Source: Thermodesulfovibrionales bacterium (GTDB lineage Bacteria > Nitrospirota > Thermodesulfovibrionia > Thermodesulfovibrionales > SM23-35). Taken from it: a stretch of 64,000 nucleotides of DNA. This document shows positions 60,652 through 64,000 of the stretch, one piece after another. A program made the position numbers and the translations under genes. Positions within the stretch are counted from its first letter, which is position 1, and the number at the start of each line of letters is the position of its first letter. Location: positions 1 through 64,000 of the forward strand of contig CAVQRT010000030.1 in NCBI GenBank assembly GCA_963715195.1, read 5' to 3'. The notes beneath the pieces are model-generated. The model did no database searches, was not told where the DNA came from, and saw only the letters and a list, made by a program, of their open reading frames with translations.

Positions 60652-61374
60652 TTACTTAGCATGTTCCCGAGGTGTTTTGTGTGAAAGTTCATCCATCAAC
60701 TCTATCTGGATTTGCTGGATTTCCATAAGCCTTTGCCACTGATTCATGAGAAGATGATCTATTTTCTCGTGTAAATTACGAATTTCCAATTCTGCTTTAA
60801 GATTTATACGATAATCCTGTTCTGCATGCAAGCGGTCCCTCGCCTCTTGGCGATTTTGACTCATCATAATAATAGGGGCTTGAATGGCAGCAAGACATGA
60901 AAGGATCAAGTTTAGAAAAATGAAAGGGTACGGATCAAATGGCTTCCAGATTATTAGGGCGGAGTTGATGACAATCCACAGAAATAGTACTCCGCAGAAG
61001 ATGCTAATAAAACGCCAGCTGCCACCAAAGTCAGCAAGTTTGTCGGCCATCCGTTCCCCTAATGTGCGTTGCTGGTCGTACTCAATATTAATGTTCTTAG
61101 ACAAGAGTTCTTGCTCCGTTAGGCTTCTTACAACTTGTTCTTCTAAAGCTGAAAGTTCACCCTTGTCTGTTTTGATGACATCCTGGACATATTCTGTCCT
61201 GAAGCGATTAAGGTCAGGAATACAAATATAACCTTTTGAGGACCAGTCGGGAATTATCGCCTTTATTCTCTCAACAATAGGTTCTCGGATCATTTCTGCT
61301 GACAGTACATCACTGATTTTCTTTTGCCCTTTGCAAACTTGACAAAGAACCGTCTCTTGCTGTCGTCCGGTCAT
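60652..61374 (-). CDS. DUF1003 domain membrane protein
   Basis: FGGSW, FDPYPFIFLNL, QAPIIMMSQNRQ, NLKAELEI; GGAGGTG RBS. Confidence 0.92.
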   Translation of the reverse strand: MTGRQQETVLCQVCKGQKKISDVLSAEMIREPIVERIKAIIPDWSSKGYICIPDLNRFRTEYVQDVIKTDKGELSALEEQVVRSLTEQELLSKNINIEYDQQRTLGERMADKLADFGGSWRFISIFCGVLFLWIVINSALIIWKPFDPYPFIFLNLILSCLAAIQAPIIMMSQNRQEARDRLHAEQDYRINLKAELEIRNLHEKIDHLLMNQWQRLMEIQQIQIELMDELSHKTPREHAK

Positions 61375-61491
61375 TTTGTTTTCACCTCCCACACATTCAT
61401 CTAAGTTTACACGACGGTTAACTTATTCATAAATTTATAGTATTTTACACTGTGCTTCATAGATGAATCCCTATTTATTATGAGAAATAAT

Positions 61492-62283
61492 CTATGACGT
61501 TTTTTTATCGACTCCCTTACAGAACAATATCAGCGAAATCAAAATAAGCGATTCTCCTGCAATGAAGAGGGGCCACTGGAATCCGTTTGGAACATATTGT
61601 CCGATAATTTTTTGGAACGCGGGATCAGCAGGCAGAGTCCTCAATGTACCGGCAAACCCTTCCTGAATAATGATCATGGAGAAATCCCGGATAAACGTTA
61701 TGAAGATGAGTAACGCACCTGCAATAAGGGCAAAGCAAGGATATGCTCGGATTGACATCTGGTACCCCTTTTGACTTCTATAGATGATACACCCTGCAAT
61801 CCCTATCATGGTTATTGAACAAATCACAGGGGCAATGACGGGAGCAACCCATATCACAGGGATAAGAAAAAGAATATCCCACGTGAATAATGAAGGGGGC
61901 CAGTCCAGAAGAACCTTCAACCAGAGATAATAGAAAATATCCCATGTGCCAAAGCTGTACAAAAATATCGCGAACCGTTCAGGGGCATTCCTGCCACCCA
62001 GCAAACTCACGCTGAAAAGCATTACAATGGTTGCGATCTCACGAAGGTATTCTGTGAAAAGTACATGCGGGGTCATCAGTTTCAGGGGAAAGGAAAATCC
62101 CTCAGGATAGAATATCTCCCTGAGATAGACAACGACGGCAGCCTCGAGAAAACCCATTGCTATGGCAAAGACCGTAAGGGAAGTGATACGCGATTTCAAT
62201 GTCTCGTTCTCACTATTTGTGCAACAGGCTCTTAGGATTTGCAATAACTGAGGATTAGGACTGAACCTCTTCCTCTTTTTCAT
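61492..62283 (-). CDS. Conserved membrane protein
   Basis: AMGFLEAAVVVYLR, REIATIVML, WDIFYY, WDILFLIP; true start may be TTG near 62199. Confidence 0.75.
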   Translation of the reverse strand: MKKRKRFSPNPQLLQILRACCTNSENETLKSRITSLTVFAIAMGFLEAAVVVYLREIFYPEGFSFPLKLMTPHVLFTEYLREIATIVMLFSVSLLGGRNAPERFAIFLYSFGTWDIFYYLWLKVLLDWPPSLFTWDILFLIPVIWVAPVIAPVICSITMIGIAGCIIYRSQKGYQMSIRAYPCFALIAGALLIFITFIRDFSMIIIQEGFAGTLRTLPADPAFQKIIGQYVPNGFQWPLFIAGESLILISLILFCKGVDKKTS

Positions 62284-62698
62284 CTGCTGCGGTCCCTACT
62301 GCAACTTCTTTCATCTCGAGGCAGTCATGGGGGCAATACTCCACACAGCGGCCGCAGTGTATGCATACAAAAGGTTCGCCCGCAGGGTCGAGATAGATTG
62401 CATCAACAGGACATGCCTTCGCACATTCGCCGCAGCGGATGCACAGTTTCTTTCTGACGACAACCCCTCCCCCCTTTCTCTGGGAATACGCACCGGTCGG
62501 GCAGGCATGAACACACGGGGCAGGATCGCACGCAAGACAGCTTCTCGCTTCAAAACCCGTCGAAAGCCCCCCTGAGGTGCGGATGCGAATCCCTGCGGTA
62601 TCCCAGGATAGCCTTTTATGGACGAGGCGCGCACAGGCCAGTGAACAGGAATGGCAACCAATGCATCGTTCCATTTTCGGCGTGATCAGAATTTTCAT
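62255..62698 (-). CDS. 4x[4Fe-4S] ferredoxin-like electron-transfer subunit
   Basis: CIGCHSCSLAC, CLACDPAPCVHACP, CIRCGECAKACP, CIHCGRCVEYCP. Confidence 0.9.
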   Translation of the reverse strand: MKILITPKMERCIGCHSCSLACARLVHKRLSWDTAGIRIRTSGGLSTGFEARSCLACDPAPCVHACPTGAYSQRKGGGVVVRKKLCIRCGECAKACPVDAIYLDPAGEPFVCIHCGRCVEYCPHDCLEMKEVAVGTAADEKEEEVQS

Positions 62699-62729
62699 AA
62701 CAACTTCTCCTTAACCATAACGCTCCCGT

Positions 62730-64000
62730 TCACACTCCTGCTGCTGCAAAAGCAGCGCTGACTATGCGTACTGCCTCTTTCTGGATCTCCAGCAGATGCT
62801 CTTCACTGAGAAAACTTTCTGCGTAAATTTTATAGATATCCTCAGTGCCGGATGGCCGGGCCGCAAACCACCCGTTCTGAGTAATGACCTTAAGCCCTCC
62901 GATATCTGCGTTGTTTCCCGGCGCACGGGTCAGTTTTGCAATGACAGGCTCACCGGCCAGCTCCCGTGCAGGAACCATATCAGGTGAAAGTTTTTTCAGC
63001 ACCTCTTTCTGGGGAGGTGCTGCGGGTGCATCGATCCTGGTAAAAAAAGATCTCCCGAAACGGTCTTCCAGCTGCCTGTAAAGTTCAGCAGGGTCTTTCC
63101 CTGTTTTCGCAGTTATCTCACAGGCAAGAAGATCCATGATTATACCGTCCTTGTCGGTTGTCCAGACCGTCCCGTTCTTTCTGAGGAAAGAAGCACCGGC
63201 ACTCTCTTCCCCTCCGAATCCGTAAGAGCCGTCTATAAATCCGTCGACAAACCACTTAAACCCGACCGGAACTTCGACAACCTTTTTCCCAAGCGCTTCA
63301 GCAATACGGTCTATCATTGATGTCGAAACGAGAGTTTTCCCTACTGCAGCGTTCCTGCTCCAGCCATTCCTGTTCTGAAACAGATACCATATGGCGGCGG
63401 AGAGATAGTGGTTTGGGTTCATCAGCCCCGCGTCTTTTGTTACAATGCCGTGGCGGTCGACATCGGTATCATTTCCAAAAGCAATATCAAAGCGATCTTT
63501 TAACCGGATCAACCCCTCCATGGCATAGGGCGAGGAGCAGTCCATTCTGATCCTGCCATCCTTGTCAACGGTCATGAAGGAAAATGTAGGATCAATAATA
63601 TCATTGACGACATTCAGATTCAGATGATACCGTCCGGCGATGGGGTCCCAGAAATCAACCGAAGCACCGCCAAGAGGATCTGCACCGATATGGAGACCAG
63701 CTCTCGCTATGACTTCCATATCGATAATGTTTCTGAGGTCTTCCACATATGGTGTTACATAATCATGCTCCTTAATAAATTCAGACTTGACTGCCGCTTC
63801 GTAGGGTATTCTCCTGACACCTTTGAGTTTTTTGAAAAGTAATTCATTGGCTCTTGTTTCAATCACCTTTGTGGTTGCCGTATCCGCCGGCCCGCCGTGA
63901 GGCGGGTTATACTTGAACCCCCCGTCCTCGGGCGGATTATGAGAAGGAGTAATAACCACACCGTCTGCCCGGCCTCTGCTCCCCCGAATCTTCCTGTTAA
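62730..64000 (-). CDS. pgm: Phosphoglucomutase (alpha-D-glucose-1,6-bisphosphate-dependent); 5' end outside the window
   Basis: [38 protein letters not shown]. Confidence 0.95.
   Translation of the reverse strand, partial: NRKIRGSRGRADGVVITPSHNPPEDGGFKYNPPHGGPADTATTKVIETRANELLFKKLKGVRRIPYEAAVKSEFIKEHDYVTPYVEDLRNIIDMEVIARAGLHIGADPLGGASVDFWDPIAGRYHLNLNVVNDIIDPTFSFMTVDKDGRIRMDCSSPYAMEGLIRLKDRFDIAFGNDTDVDRHGIVTKDAGLMNPNHYLSAAIWYLFQNRNGWSRNAAVGKTLVSTSMIDRIAEALGKKVVEVPVGFKWFVDGFIDGSYGFGGEESAGASFLRKNGTVWTTDKDGIIMDLLACEITAKTGKDPAELYRQLEDRFGRSFFTRIDAPAAPPQKEVLKKLSPDMVPARELAGEPVIAKLTRAPGNNADIGGLKVITQNGWFAARPSGTEDIYKIYAESFLSEEHLLEIQKEAVRIVSAAFAAAGV

Larger units (their letters stand above)
37374..61450. 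other. AT-richer accessory region or decayed island anchored at tRNA-Thr
   Basis: Visible composition shift after the tRNA, many short unrelated genes, long spacers, an IS and attC-like sites; right boundary approximate. Confidence 0.6.

Overview
Bacterial chromosome segment; gene style suggests Nitrospirota or Desulfobacterota, which is my inference only. It has four parts. (1) 1-18.9 kb: a surface-glycan locus with two Wzm/Wzt ABC exporter pairs, GT2/GT4/WbsX/WsaF-type glycosyltransferases, a TMTC-like GT-C+TPR protein, a second polytopic membrane protein and an orphan GspD secretin heading the minus-strand operon. (2) 19.1-37.4 kb: housekeeping genes: gatA, doubly frameshifted gatB, tRNA-Ser, SRP RNA, dnaX, ybaB, HNH, tilS, gltX, glnS, gpsA, larB, polA, a DUF4912 protein, a DUF3373-like protein and tRNA-Thr(CGT). 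(3) ~37.4-61.4 kb: an AT-richer accessory region starting at the tRNA-Thr 3' end. It holds many small unrelated genes, an IS4 transposase, integron attC-like sites without an integrase, duplicated hairpin/promoter modules, unannotated small ORFs, and a candidate ~235-nt structured ncRNA with its own promoter and terminator. (4) 61.5-64 kb: a membrane protein, a 4x[4Fe-4S] ferredoxin and a partial pgm. All calls come from motif recognition by eye; no searches were run.
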